From: Natator depressus | Taxonomy: Eukaryota | Direction: 5' to 3' | Length of the DNA stretch: 64,000 bases | Assembly: GCF_965152275.1 (NCBI RefSeq) | Contig: NC_134246.1 | Span: forward strand, 34,404,151-34,468,150 | Shown here: piece after piece, positions 37,216 through 47,900 of the stretch | Numbering within the stretch: position 1 is the stretch's first letter | Layout of the letters: each line of letters opens with the position of its first letter | Notes under the pieces: model-generated | Databases searched by the model: none | What the model was told of the DNA's origin: nothing | The model's input: the letters and a program-made list of their open reading frames with translations, nothing else | Made by a program: the position numbers and the translations under genes

Positions 37216-39149
37216 GCCACAAGGATGCTCGTCGTTTTTGCTGATACAGACTAAGGGTATGTCTACACTACCCATGTTACGCAGCAGTGCCCCCACGCTG
37301 TGCCATGGGCAGTACAGACACGCTTTATTGCGGGAGTGCGATGGTAGCTTTATCACCAGGAGTGCGGCTCCTGGTGATAAAGCGTTGTCTATACTGGCGC
37401 TTTTCAGTGCTAAAACTTTTCACACCCCTGAATGTTTTTTCACACCCCTGAATGACAAAAGTTTTAGCACTGAAAGTGGCAGTGCAGACACAGCCTTACA
37501 CGCTACCCCTCTGAAACCTATCCCTACTAGAGTTCTCTCTCAGCTTAAGGGCCTGATTGAAATTGTAAATCACAACCACCACACAGGTTTCAGAGTGGTA
37601 GCCGTGTTAGTCTGTATCAGCAAAAACAACAAAAACAACGAGGAGTCCTTGTGACACCTTAGAGACTAACAAATTTATTTGGGCTTAAGCTTTTGTGGGC
37701 TATCACACATTATCCTCAGTTCCATCCTCACACTAACAGCAGGAACCCGTGACTTCCAGAGGATGAATTAGGTTTGCAGGATATGTGATTAAGATGGGAG
37801 TAAAGAAAGGAGTTTCCTTATTCTTAATCTTGATGCAGCATAGAAATGTACACAACATTGTGCCCAACAGTTTAGATCAGGCTCTGCCCCAAGGAATTTC
37901 AGTATACTGTTAAGTACAACTTGTAGTGGAAACAGAAACTGTTGAAAAAAGAAAGCCTGAGGGTATGGGTAAGCAATCAGGGATTGAATGAAAGGTAAAT
38001 GGGTTTCAAGGAGATCACAGCAGGCAGGCAGACACCACCCACTGTGACTCCCATACCCACTCCTGTTCAGGTTGGGGGTGGGGGAGGAGGCACATGGGGG
38101 AGTTGATCTCAGTGTCACACTCATTTATCTCCTATGCACCCACCTGCCTGACTCTGGGGAGGCAGCAGCCCCCCTGGGACCAAGAAAGTAAAGCCTCTGA
38201 ACCAGGGGAGCAGGGAGGACAGGACCTTCAGCTGCTGAGGGGGGGGGGGAGAGGGCACAATTTAAAGGTCCCTCTCCATCAGCTGGAGTGTCATACAGCG
38301 CCCTCCCCAGGCAGCCCAGCCCTCCCCCTTGCCCTCAGGTCCTCTGTGGGAAAGCAGCTGTTCCCTCCTCCCTCCCATACCTAACCTCTCCCTGCAGAGC
38401 TGAAGCAGCAGCCCTTCCTCCCTACTGCTCCCAGGTGCCTCCAGCAAGCAGGGGAGGGAGGGGGAGAGATCAGCAGACAAATCCTGGCAGAAAACTGGGG
38501 AGGAGGGGTAACATGACCCAGCGCATGCCCCCCCATGTGTCAGCTCTCTGCAGGGAAGGGATGGGATGGGAGCAGGCAGGCTGCAGCAGCGCCCCTCGTG
38601 GTGCTCACTGTGTGGAGCTAAATATGCGCTCCAGTCCTGCGGGCTGTGCCAGGGGAAAGAGCAAGCCCTTACCTGGACAAGTGGGACTCTTAGTGGGGAA
38701 GGGGAAGAGAAGGGGGGTGGACCCTGACCTGCTCTACACTAAAGCACAACCAAAGAGCTGGGCTGCTGCAAGCCCCCAGTCAGCCGGCACACACAGAGAC
38801 AAGCTGCACACACACTCCTCCTTCAATACCATCCCCCCACCCCCGACATCAGGTCAGGACCCAGCACAGCCTGCCCCATGGTGTCTACAGGGGGCCCCCT
38901 GTGCCAGGAGAGTGGGGGGACCCCACCGGGCACCCACCCCTGCTCCTGCTCCTCTGGGTGAGTGAGTGCCTCAAGCTGCAGCTTGGATGCGTGTGTTTTT
39001 CTCTCCCCCCCCGGGCCAACCCTGGCTCGGCTGGCAGTAGGGCTTTCCCTCCTTAAGCCCAGCTGGCTGGCCACAGGTAAAGTCACAAGGGACCTATCAA
39101 ATGCGCCCCCATCAGCACCGTCGCCTTGGGCAGCTGCCCTTATCGCCCT

Positions 39150-39420
39150 GGTCAAAGGCCGGCCCTCACTCCCGAACCACAGCTCCCCTCCCCTCCTCCC
39201 ATGCCCTGCAATCCCGAACCACAGCCCCCCTCCCGTCCCCCCATGCCCCTCACTCCTGAACCGCAGCCCCCGTGTCCCTCACTGCCGACTCGCAGCTCCC
39301 CTCCCACCATGCCCCTCATTCCCAAATCGCAAACCCCTCCCCTCCCCCCTGACTCCCAAACCACAGACCCCCCATTCCCCTGTGCCCCTCAGTACCGACC
39401 CACAGCCCCCTGCTAGCCCA
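39150..39420. repeat. 58-bp minisatellite, second array of the PNP intron 3 family
   Basis: Same unit as 34200-34520. Confidence 0.8.
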
Positions 39421-39466
39421 GCCCTGGGCTCCCCCCACACCACCTTCCCCACAAGGAGCCACTCAC

Positions 39467-39570
39467 CTTCCACAGTGGGTACCCCTCATACATGTGGAAC
39501 CGGCCCTTCATCACCACGCAGCTTACCCCCGCCAGCATCCCGAACACCAGCTTCCCAGCATGGCCTGCCA
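39467..39570 (-). CDS. PNP: PNP exon 3 (104 nt: [35 protein letters not shown])
   Basis: Acceptor tctctggcag|TGGCAGG, donor TGGAAG|gtgagtgg. ORF 39413..39598. Confidence 0.85.
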
Positions 39571-39811
39571 CTGCCAGAGACGGGAAAGGGTTAAACACCG
39601 GCCCCAGGGCATTTACACAGTGTAGGTCCTGCCTCGCCTCTGCACCCCCTGCCCCTCATGCTCTGCACCCCCGCCCCCACCACTCGCCCTCTGCACCCCC
39701 CTGTCCCTCGCCCCATATTGCCCGTTATACAGTATAGCGGCCCTTTCCCTTCCCGCATCCTCTTCTGCCCCTAGTGCCCATTGTACAATATAGCTGCCCC
39801 TCGCTGGGTAC

Positions 39812-39981
39812 CTGTGCTCTGGGGAAAGTTGGGAATGTCCGTGTAGTTAAAAACCACTGGATCCTTCACCAGGTCAGCCAGGCCCCCAAGGCCAGAGCCA
39901 CAGATAATGGCCAAGCTAGGCCGGTGCTTGGTGTGATCCAGCAGCCATTCGGCTGTTTCCTTGTGCTGCTCATACGTGTAC
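39812..39981 (-). CDS. PNP: PNP exon 2 (170 nt: YTYEQHKETAEWLLDHTKHRPSLAIICGSGLGGLADLVKDPVVFNYTDIPNFPQST)
   Basis: Acceptor ccagcag|GTACACG, donor ACAG|gtaccc. ORF 39771..40079. Confidence 0.85.
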
Positions 39982-40019
39982 CTGCTGGGGGAGAGAGACG
40001 CAAGAGAGTTAAAACGAGT

Positions 40020-40182
40020 CATGTGTTTACACAGCAGGGCCGATCCCCTCCAGCAGGGGGTGCAGGGGGACACACACACTCACTCACACATATATACACA
40101 CACAGCAGGGTTGATCACCTCCAACAGGGGTGCAGCCACACACACAGAGAGTAGGGCTGAATCCCTCCAGCAAGGGGCGCAA

Positions 40183-40225
<43 letters not shown>

Positions 40226-40400
40226 AGGGCCGATCCCCTCCAGCAGGGGTGCAGGGACACACACACACACCAGGGCAGATCCCCTCCAGCAGGGGTGCAG
40301 GGACACACACATACTCACTCACACATATATACACTCACAACAGGGCCGATCCCCTCCAGCAGGGGGCGCAAGGACACAGGGACACACACACACACTCATC
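40020..40400. repeat. ~60-bp minisatellite containing (CA)n tracts (cacacacagcagggccgatcccctccagcaggggtgcagggacacacaca) in PNP intron 1
   Basis: Seen in sequence. Its longest (CA) run, ~25 units, is at 40186-40235. Confidence 0.85.
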
Positions 40401-41745
40401 CAGCTCCCAGCCCATCTCAGCGGCCTGGCATGGGCTGACACTGGGCGGGAGGGCGGTGCAGAGCTGCAGGGGTACAGGGGGCTGGAGCCGGGCTGGGCCA
40501 GAGGGAGAATGCCAGGGTGGGAGCAGTGGCCACGGTAGGGCAGGACGGAATTACAGAGCAAGGGGAAGAGACGGGGCCAGAGGATGGGCGAGGCGCCAAC
40601 CCCAGGGAGGCCAGGGCGAGGGCAGGGACCTCTGAGCTGCCAGGCTCCTGAGCTGGTCCTGCAGGGAGCTGCCTCCTCTTTGTCCCCAGGAGAAGGGCCC
40701 CAGCCTGGCAGGACACGGCACTTTACCAGCACCATCCACCCTGCGTGGGCTTGCGGGGAAATCTCCCCCCACCCCAGCTTTGCCGGTGCCCCTCACTCCA
40801 AACCCGCAGCCCCCACTAGTCCGGGAGATAGCCTGGGCCTGATCTCCTGTCACTGGAGGGTAGAGAAGGGTGCTGGGGGCAGGCAGCCTGCAGAGTCAGG
40901 CAGGCTGGCCTGGGATTGCTCCCTGGCCTGTTGATCGTTAACTAAGGGGTATGTGGGGAGCAGGATCAGCCCAGGCCACTGAAGGGGAAGTGGCTGCCCC
41001 AGGGGCCCATTACTCCGCAGGACCAGGCGCTAGCAGGGCACCACCTGGGCGGTGGTTTTCCAGAAAAGAGAGATGTCTCTGCCCCGATCCCCCCTCAGCC
41101 ATTATTCTGCAGGGCCCTGCGCTGGCAGGTTGCCATCTGGGCGGTGGTTTCCCGGAATAGAGAGACGTCTCTGCCCCGCTTCCTGCCGGTCCCCCTCCTA
41201 CTCCCCCGCAATTGAGTCACACACTGGGTTTTGGAGGGAAATGTGCCAAGCTGGCTGTTTGGGTCAGGCGGCTTTGACTCATCCGGGTGCTGGGGGAGCC
41301 TGGAGGCACCATAAACATGAGAATCTGGTCTTAGCAAGGGGTGGAATAGCAGGGCGCCGTGGGTTGGGACTGAGGGGCACCAGTAAACTCTCCTTGCAGC
41401 TGCCAGGGGCTGGATCAGAGCCAGCGCCCCCTGGACTGCAACAACCCCATGCCCCATTCCCCCCCCCCCCCCCCGCCAGCATGGCATTAAGGGGTCAGGG
41501 AGAGTCTCACATTCCCTGCAGGAGCAGACGGCCCCTCACCCATTACGAGTGGATCAGAACTAGCCCTACTGCACCAGGCTGGGGTCACTGTGCAGGGCTC
41601 CGCACAGCTAGGGGCCCTGGGCTGCAGGGGGAGTACAGCAGGGGGCGCTGGGCAACGGGGGGATATAGCAGGGGGCACAACAAGGGTGCTGGGCTAAGGG
41701 GGCGCAGCCAGGGGAGTACAGCGGGGGCGCTGGGCAGTCAGGGGG

Positions 41746-42012
41746 CACAGCAGGGGGCGCTCTCCGCAGGCAGACCATTTGCCCTAGAGCAGTGGTTCTC
41801 AAACTTTTTTACTGGTGACCCCCTTTCCCATAGGAACCCTCTGAGTGCGACCCCCCTTATGAATTAAAAACACCTTTCTATGTATTTCACACCATTATAA
41901 ATGCAGGAGGCAAAGCAGGGTTTGGGGTGGAGGTTGACAGCTGGCGACCACCGATATAATCACCTCACGACCCCCTCAGGGGTCCCGACCACCAGTTTGA
42001 GAACCCCTGCAC
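41746..42012. mobile_element. MITE (~266 bp) with ~23-bp terminal inverted repeats
   Basis: The left end ctagagcagtggttctcaaact is the reverse complement of the right end agtttgagaacccctgcactagag. The element lies in PNP intron 1. Confidence 0.6.
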
Positions 42013-42290
42013 TAGAGGATCACCTCAGCCCTCCCTGGGGTCCTGGCCCCAGTGCCAGCCGCTGTCAGTGCCAGGGCTAATTAAGGCTCCCCCAGACTGC
42101 CCGGCACACCCCACAGCACCTCGACACCCTCTCAGGGCATCAGTGACAGAGATCCCAGGCGACCTGCCCCCCCCCCCCGCTGTAACCACTAGACAGCACT
42201 CCCCTCCCATCACTGGGGATGGGACCCAGGAGTCCTAGTTCCAGCCCTCCCGGAGAGGACCCAGGAGTCCGCCCCTCCCCCCGCGCACAC

Positions 42291-42320
42291 CTGCGCTCCT
42301 CAGACGCTGCCGGCTCCATG
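42291..42320 (-). CDS. PNP: PNP exon 1, coding part (ATG GAG CCG GCA GCG TCT GAG GAG CGC AG|gtgtgcg), predicted
   Basis: The ATG on the minus strand is 110 bp from the start of a GC-rich region. The phase-2 donor CGCAG|GTGTGCG joins the phase-matched exon 2 acceptor to give MEPAASEERRYTYEQHK... Human PNP, from memory, also has a tiny first coding exon. Confidence 0.5.
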
Positions 42321-42479
42321 GCGGGTCCGGGCGATGCTGAGCCGGGCGCGGCCGGGCCCGGGTGACTCCGCCTGCTTCGCCCCGCCCCCAGCCCAGCCCC
42401 ACCAGCCGCAGCCCCGCTCTCTGTCCCGTTCCGGCTCCGGCAGAGCCCCCCACCCCGCCCGCCAGCCAGCCAGCAGCCG

Positions 42480-43265
42480 GGGAGACCCCCCCACCCAGTC
42501 CCCCAGCACCGGGGAGAGACCCCCATTTTAGCCCCCCATTCCCAGCGCCCAGGGGAGATCCCCTATTCTAGCCCCTCAGCGCCAGAGACACCACCCTTTC
42601 CACCCTCCAGCATCAGGGGAGACCCCCCATACTGCCCCACCATTCCCAGCCCCTCAGTGCCCAGAGGAGACCCCCCAATCCAGCCCCCCAGCATCGGGGG
42701 AGACCCCATAATTCTAGCCCCTCCCCATTCCCAGCATCCCGACGCCAGAGACACCCCGCAATCCAACCCCACTACTCCCAGCTGGCCGGCAGCAGACACC
42801 CCCCCAATCCAGCCCCCTACTCCCAGCCCCCCGGCGCCAGAGACACCCCCCTTTCCAGACCCCGTACTCCTATCCCCCCAGCACCAGAGATATCTCCATT
42901 CCAGCCCCCCAGCACCAGAGACACCCCCAATCCAGCCCCCCATTCCTAGCGCCCAGCACCAGAGACACCCCCAATCCAGCCCCCCATTCCTAGCCCCCAG
43001 CACCAGAGACACCCCCCAATCCAGGCCCCCTACCCCCAGTGCCAGAGACACCCCCCAATCCAGCCCCACTATTCCTAGCCCCCCAGCACCAGAGACACCC
43101 CCCAATCCAGCCCCCCAGTGCCAGAGACTCCCCCCATCCAGCCCCCCTACTCCCAGCCCCCCAGCGCCAGAGACACACCCCTTTCCTGCCCCCCTATTCC
43201 CAGCCCCCCAGCGCCAGAGACACCCCCTAATCCAGCCCCCCTATTCCCAGCCCCCCGGAGTCGAG
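42480..43265. repeat. ~50-bp minisatellite, ~15 units (ccagccccccagcaccagagacaccccccaatccagccccccattcc), between the divergent PNP and PIP4P1 promoters
   Basis: Seen in sequence. It is the source of the P-rich ORFs 42657..43271 and 42563..43105. Confidence 0.85.
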
Positions 43266-43739
43266 GAGTGACCAGACCTCCCGATTTTCGGGGCTTTCTC
43301 TTATACATGTAACTGTAACACCCGCCGCCCCCGATTGTTCACCCTCTCCCAGCGCTGGAGCGACCCCCCCGATCTCCAGCAGAACGCCCCCACATCCCAC
43401 TGGCGCCGGGGGGCTCGGGGGCGGGGCCACATGCTTCCCAGGCAGTAAACGGCGGGCTTTTACAGCGGGGTGGGGCCAAGCTGAGAGCTCGGGGGGTGGG
43501 GCCAGGGATGGCCCCTGCCCCCGGCGTGCTCAGTCCCGCCCCGTAGGCCGAGTTCCCCCTTCCCCCGACAAGGAGCCTGGAGATTGCGGAGGGCGGGGCT
43601 ATAAGGAGGGTCGTTGACAGGCAGTGGGAGGGGCCCTCGCTGGGAGTGGGTATGGCCAACGGGGTGAGGCCCGGCTCAACTGACATGGGAAACAGCCAAC
43701 GAGGCGCACTGCGCCTGGAAGGCGGGAGCGGAGCAGTTA

Positions 43740-44231
43740 ATGAGGGCGGGGCTTGGTGGGTCGGGCGAGTTCGACGGTAGCCAATGGGCGGGGGCCGGAG
43801 GGGTCGTGCGAGGGGTAGTTGCTGCTTCCAGCCAGTCAGGCGGCGTGAAAGCGCTGACGATACGACGGGCTGAGCGATTGGCCAATCAGAGTTTTCAACA
43901 TGTGGGACTGATCGCCAAGGTCCAGCCAGTAAGAGAAGCCACCGGGATCACGTGGGGGAAAGCACCGTTAGTCGAGCCATTCAGGGAGCCCATTTAGAGT
44001 CACATGAGAAGGGTGACGAATCCAGCCAATGGGTGGGGAGCATTAATGTCACGTGCTGGCAATTGGCCGCCGCCAGTCAATGAGAGAACGACTTGAGCTC
44101 ACGTGATGTTGGTGTCACATGACTGCTACCAGGTCTCCTCTTGGCCAATAGGCGGCCGTCTCCCTCTCACGTGACTCAGGACATCGCTGCGGGGAGCCGG
44201 GGACGGGCGCTACGGCAGCCGGGAAGCGACG
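43740..44231 (+). promoter_or_regulatory. PIP4P1/TMEM55B promoter region: CCAAT boxes, 4 CACGTG and 2 CACATG E-boxes, three of them TCACGTGA-type (CLEAR-like)
   Basis: ccaatggg at 43772 and 44027, gccaatca at 43881, ttggccaata at 44141. atcacgtggg at 43947, gtcacgtgct at 44049, ctcacgtgatg at 44099, ctcacgtgactc at 44167, agtcacatgag at 43999, gtcacatgac at 44116. Confidence 0.6.
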
Positions 44232-44394
44232 ATGTCGGGGGACGGCGAACGCTCCCCGTTGCTGCCCGCGGAGCTCGGCGAGCCGGGCACTCCCGGGGCG
44301 GGCGGGGTCCTGGCCGGGCCTGGCGGGCTCGTGCCCTCCGCGCCGCTCCCGCCCTACGGGGGTCCCGCCGCAGAGAAGCCGGCCCCGCCCCATG
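44232..44394 (+). CDS. PIP4P1: PIP4P1 (TMEM55B) exon 1 (MSGDGERSPLLPAELGEPGTPGAGGVLAGPGGLVPSAPLPPYGGPAAEKPAPPH-G)
   Basis: Matches the human TMEM55B N-terminus (MAADGERSPLL...SAPPYG). Donor CATG|gtgagcgg, phase 1. Confidence 0.8.
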
Positions 44395-44731
44395 GTGAGC
44401 GGCCCCGCCCCCACGGCCTTGCAGGGGCGGGGCTAATGAGCGTGGGGGAGGGGCGGTGTGGGTGGGGCTAAGGCTGAGTGGGCAGGGCTGTGGGGGCTAC
44501 AAGTTCTGGGGAGGGGTTGGGGTCTTGATCGATGGGGCGGGGGGGGCTGCAGCTGTCAGGGAGGTCTTGGTGGGCGGGGCTAAGGGAACTGGGAGGAGCT
44601 ATGTGGCTTGTTGGGTGGAGCTAATGGCTGGAGGGTGGGACTGGGGGAGGAGCTTTGGGAGGTGGGTGGGGCTAAGGGGCCTAGGGCAGGCTGACTTGCA
44701 GGTGGCTGTAGCCTGTGGTTCCCTCACCCAG

Positions 44732-44922
44732 GCTTCCCACCATTCCTGGACGGCCACCCAGCCGTGCTGCATGGCGAAGACCCCCCGCCCTACTCACCCA
44801 TGGCCAGCCCTGACAGTGGCAGCACCCCCATGATCACCTGCCGCGTCTGCCAGAGCCTCATCAACGTGGAGGGCAAGATGCACCAGCATGTGGTGAAGTG
44901 CAGCGTCTGCAACGAGGCCACG
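44732..44922 (+). CDS. PIP4P1: PIP4P1 exon 2 ([63 protein letters not shown])
   Basis: Acceptor cacccag|GC, donor ACG|gtgagc. Nearly identical to the human protein. Confidence 0.9.
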
Positions 44923-45340
44923 GTGAGCTGGGCCACACTGATTTCACAGGTCTTCCTGTGGGGGGCTGGATCTCCCATTCACCTCCCTGTGAGGTCCCAC
45001 TACCCTCTTCCCCCACCATATGCCTGTCTCTGTCTCTCCAGTGAGCTCGGCTGGGGTCCCTGAGGGGCCCCCCAGGAATGGGAGGGATTTGGGGGTTGTC
45101 TGTCGGCCCCTGGCACGAGGCGTCAGGGGATGGTCTCTCCGTAGAGCTGGAATGGCAATTCTCAGCTCTGAAGACTCCCTTGGGATCTGGCTGGAGCTGG
45201 GAGACCCCGAGGCTTGGACCAGGGGAAGTGGAGCAAAAGGCCTGAGATTGCTGTGCCCCCTCCAGAGCCAGGGGTGCAACCCAGAAGTCCTAGCCTCCAG
45301 CACCCCCAAGGCTCATGCCTCCTCTCTGTTTCTGCTGCAG

Positions 45341-45447
45341 CCGATCAAGAACGCCCCCCCGGGGAAGAAGTACGTGAGATGTCCCTGCAACTGCCTGCTG
45401 ATCTGCAAGGTGACATCCCAGCGCATTGCCTGTCCCCGGCCCTACTG
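45341..45447 (+). CDS. PIP4P1: PIP4P1 exon 3 ([36 protein letters not shown])
   Basis: Acceptor ctgctgcag|CCG, donor TACTG|gtgagc. Confidence 0.9.
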
Positions 45448-45821
45448 GTGAGCCATTTGGGGGGGGGGGTTCCCAAGCCGTGCTGGGCAGCGGGGAGGGG
45501 CGGCACTGAGGGCACGTTAGGCCTGGGTGATGCTTCCCGGGGTACCTGAGTGGGAGGAAACCTGTCTGTGCCCAACTGGCCTTAACTTCAGGAACGCAAC
45601 TTCCAGTGTAGACACAATCCTCTCGCTCTCAGCCATGCAAATGTCTCACGTGGTGAATTAGTGTGCAGCTATCTGATCCCGGGGATCCCTGTAACCTCCT
45701 GGCCACACCCTGTGCCCCCTACCTGTTGGCACCAGCAGTCCCTAGGTCACAGCCTGGCTTGGTACCCAGGACAGGGCAGGGCTCCGGTTTCATCCCTGTT
45801 GCTTTCTCTCGCCTGCTGCAG

Positions 45822-45927
45822 CAAAAGGATCATTAACCTGGGCCCAGTGCACCCAGGGCCTCTGAGCCCTGAGCCCCAGCCTGTGGGAGTGCGGGTCATC
45901 TGTGGACACTGCAAGAATACTTTCCTG
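45822..45927 (+). CDS. PIP4P1: PIP4P1 exon 4 ([35 protein letters not shown])
   Basis: Acceptor ctgctgcag|CAAAAGG, donor CTG|gtaagc. Confidence 0.9.
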
Positions 45928-45934
45928 GTAAGCG

Positions 45935-46340
45935 GGGGCAGCCAGGACTCCTGGGTTCTGTCCCTGGCTCTGGGAGGGGTGCGGGTGTAGTGGGTTCAGC
46001 ACGGGGGTGGGAACCAGGACTCCTGGGTTCTGGCTGTGGGAGGGGCGTTGGGTCTGGTGGGTAGAGTAGGGAAGGCTGGGAGCCAGGACTCCTGGACTCT
46101 ATTCCAGCTCTGGGAGGGGAGTGGGGTCTAGTGGTTAGAGCAGGAGACGGTGAGGCTGGGAGACAGGACTCCTGGGTTCTAACCGTGGCTGTAGGAGGGG
46201 CGTTGGGTCTAGTGGGTAAAGTAGGAGGCTGGGAGCCAGGATTCCTGGGTTCTGGCTGTGGGAGGGGCATTGTGTCTTCCTGAGTTCTGGCTGTGGGAGG
46301 GGCATGCGGTATAGTGGATAGAGCAGGAGGCTGGGTGTCT
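45935..46340. repeat. Tandem array of ~5 tRNA-derived SINE fragments (core ccaggactcctgggttct ... ctgggaggggagtggggtctagtggttagagcagg), unit ~75-85 bp, in PIP4P1 intron 4
   Basis: Seen in sequence. Dispersed copies of the same SINE lie at 42195-42290, 46590-46750, 49665-49750, 53595-53760, 58655-58770, 60140-60290, 60400-60480, 61670-61745 and 62885-62960. Confidence 0.75.
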
Positions 46341-46374
46341 CATGTGTGTTTCTTTCTGGTTCTCCTTCTTCCAG

Positions 46375-46427
46375 TGGACAGAGTTCACAGACCGCACCTT
46401 AGCCCGCTGCCCGCACTGCCGCAAAGT
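46375..46427 (+). CDS. PIP4P1: PIP4P1 exon 5 ([18 protein letters not shown])
   Basis: Acceptor ttccag|TGG, donor AAAGT|gtaagt (consensus GTAAGT). The phase is verified against exon 6. Confidence 0.85.
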
Positions 46428-46777
46428 GTAAGTTTCTTGCCCCGAGACCCATTGCCCCGGGCCACAGCTACAGGACAGAGAGAGACCTGGTCCTGGGGGT
46501 GGGGCTGGGCCCATGTGGGCTGGGGAGGCTGAGGGGTGGAAGGGGCTGTGAAAGCGAGGCCGAAGTGTGGGGTCTAAGGGCATGGGGAGTGGTTGAGCTC
46601 AGAGGCAGGCCTTCTGGGTTCTCTCCCTGGCTCTGGGGAGGGGTATGGGGTCGAGTGGGGCTGGGGGCCAGGACTCCTGGGTTCTCTCCCTGGCTCTGGG
46701 AGGGGAATAGGGTGGCTGGGGGCAGGGGACCAGGACTCCTGGGTGTCCATGTCTGACTCTGACTCTCTCCCCCGCAG

Positions 46778-46868
46778 CTCCTCCATCGGGCGCAGGTACC
46801 CCCGGAAGAGATGCATCTGCTGCCTCCTCCTAGGTGTCCTAGTGGCGGTAGCTGCCACAGGCCTAGCG
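46778..46868 (+). CDS. PIP4P1: PIP4P1 exon 6 (SSIGRRYPRKRCICCLLLGVLVAVAATGLA), start of TM1
   Basis: Acceptor ccccgcag|CTCC, donor GCG|gtgagtg. Confidence 0.85.
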
Positions 46869-47102
46869 GTGAGTGTGTGACCGGGGCAGGGGAGCAGGCC
46901 ATGCTGACGGAGCCTTAGGACAGTCTAAGTCGCCGTGCTGCCCTGGGAGAAAGGGGGCATTGAGTGGGGAATGGTCTTTTGGACATAGAACCTAGGAGTC
47001 CTGATCCCAACCCCCCTGCCCCCTCAACCATTAGACCCCCCTCCCCGCGCAGAGCCAGGCTGGAACACAGGTGTCCTGACACTGCTGTCTCTCTCTGCGC
47101 AG

Positions 47103-47246
47103 TTTGGCACGTGGAAGCACGCCCGGCGGTACGGTGGGATCTACGCCTCCTGGGCGCTGGTCATTCTCCTGGCTGTGCTGTGTCTGGGCCGGGCCATGTA
47201 CTGGGCCTGCATGCGAGTCAGCCACCCCGTCCAGAACTTCTCCTGA
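47103..47246 (+). CDS. PIP4P1: PIP4P1 exon 7 (FGTWKHARRYGGIYASWALVILLAVLCLGRAMYWACMRVSHPVQNFS*)
   Basis: Acceptor ctctgcgcag|TTTGGC, stop TGA at 47244-47246. The translated product is 284 aa (human TMEM55B is 277 aa as recalled). Confidence 0.9.
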   Translation, partial: FGTWKHARRYGGIYASWALVILLAVLCLGRAMYWACMRVSHPVQNFS

Positions 47247-47439
47247 GCCGCCCCCAGCCCCTGCTGTGGGGAGCCCCACCCATCTCAGCCAGCTTCTGCC
47301 CAGCCCCCTGGTCCGCTCCTGTGCCCCTCGCCTTGGTCCTGTTTCCCTCCCATCCCGCCTGAGCAGGAGACTCCCACAGAACGTGACCAATGGAGGCAGC
47401 TGCGGTGGTATCAAGGGCAAGGGGCCCCACCAGCCCAAG

Positions 47440-47900
47440 AGGGCAGCTGGACTATGGTAGCTCTGTCTGGACCAACCCAAGAGGGAGCTGGATTACAGTG
47501 GCTCAGCTGGGACCTACCCAGCCAAGGGACGCTGAGTGACAGAGATGGGACCTGACACCCGCCCCCCAGCCAAGAGACACTGGGCAACAGAGATGGGACC
47601 CCCTTTCGCCCCCAAGGGACACTGAGCGATGGAGCTGGGACCCACCACCCAGGAGACTTCACGCACCCGAGGGACGCTGGGCGACGGAGCTGGGACCCAT
47701 CACCCCAGAGACCTCACACACCCAAGGGACACTGGATGACGGAGACGGGACTCTCCACCCTTGAGACCCCGCGCACCCAAGGGACACTGGATGACGGAGA
47801 CGGGACTCTCCACCCTTGAGACCCCGCGCACCCAAGGGACACTGGATGACGGAGCTGGCACCTACCAGCCCCAACACCCTGGGTAACAGAGCAGCGACTC
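47440..47900. repeat. ~55-bp minisatellite, ~8 units (ccaagggacactggatgacggagacgggactctccacccttgagaccccgcgcac), in the PIP4P1 3' UTR
   Basis: Seen in sequence. Confidence 0.8.

Noticed and set aside
42563-43271. P-rich 204-aa ORF and G-rich 180-aa ORF
   Set aside because: Translations of the 50-bp minisatellite between the PNP and PIP4P1 promoters.
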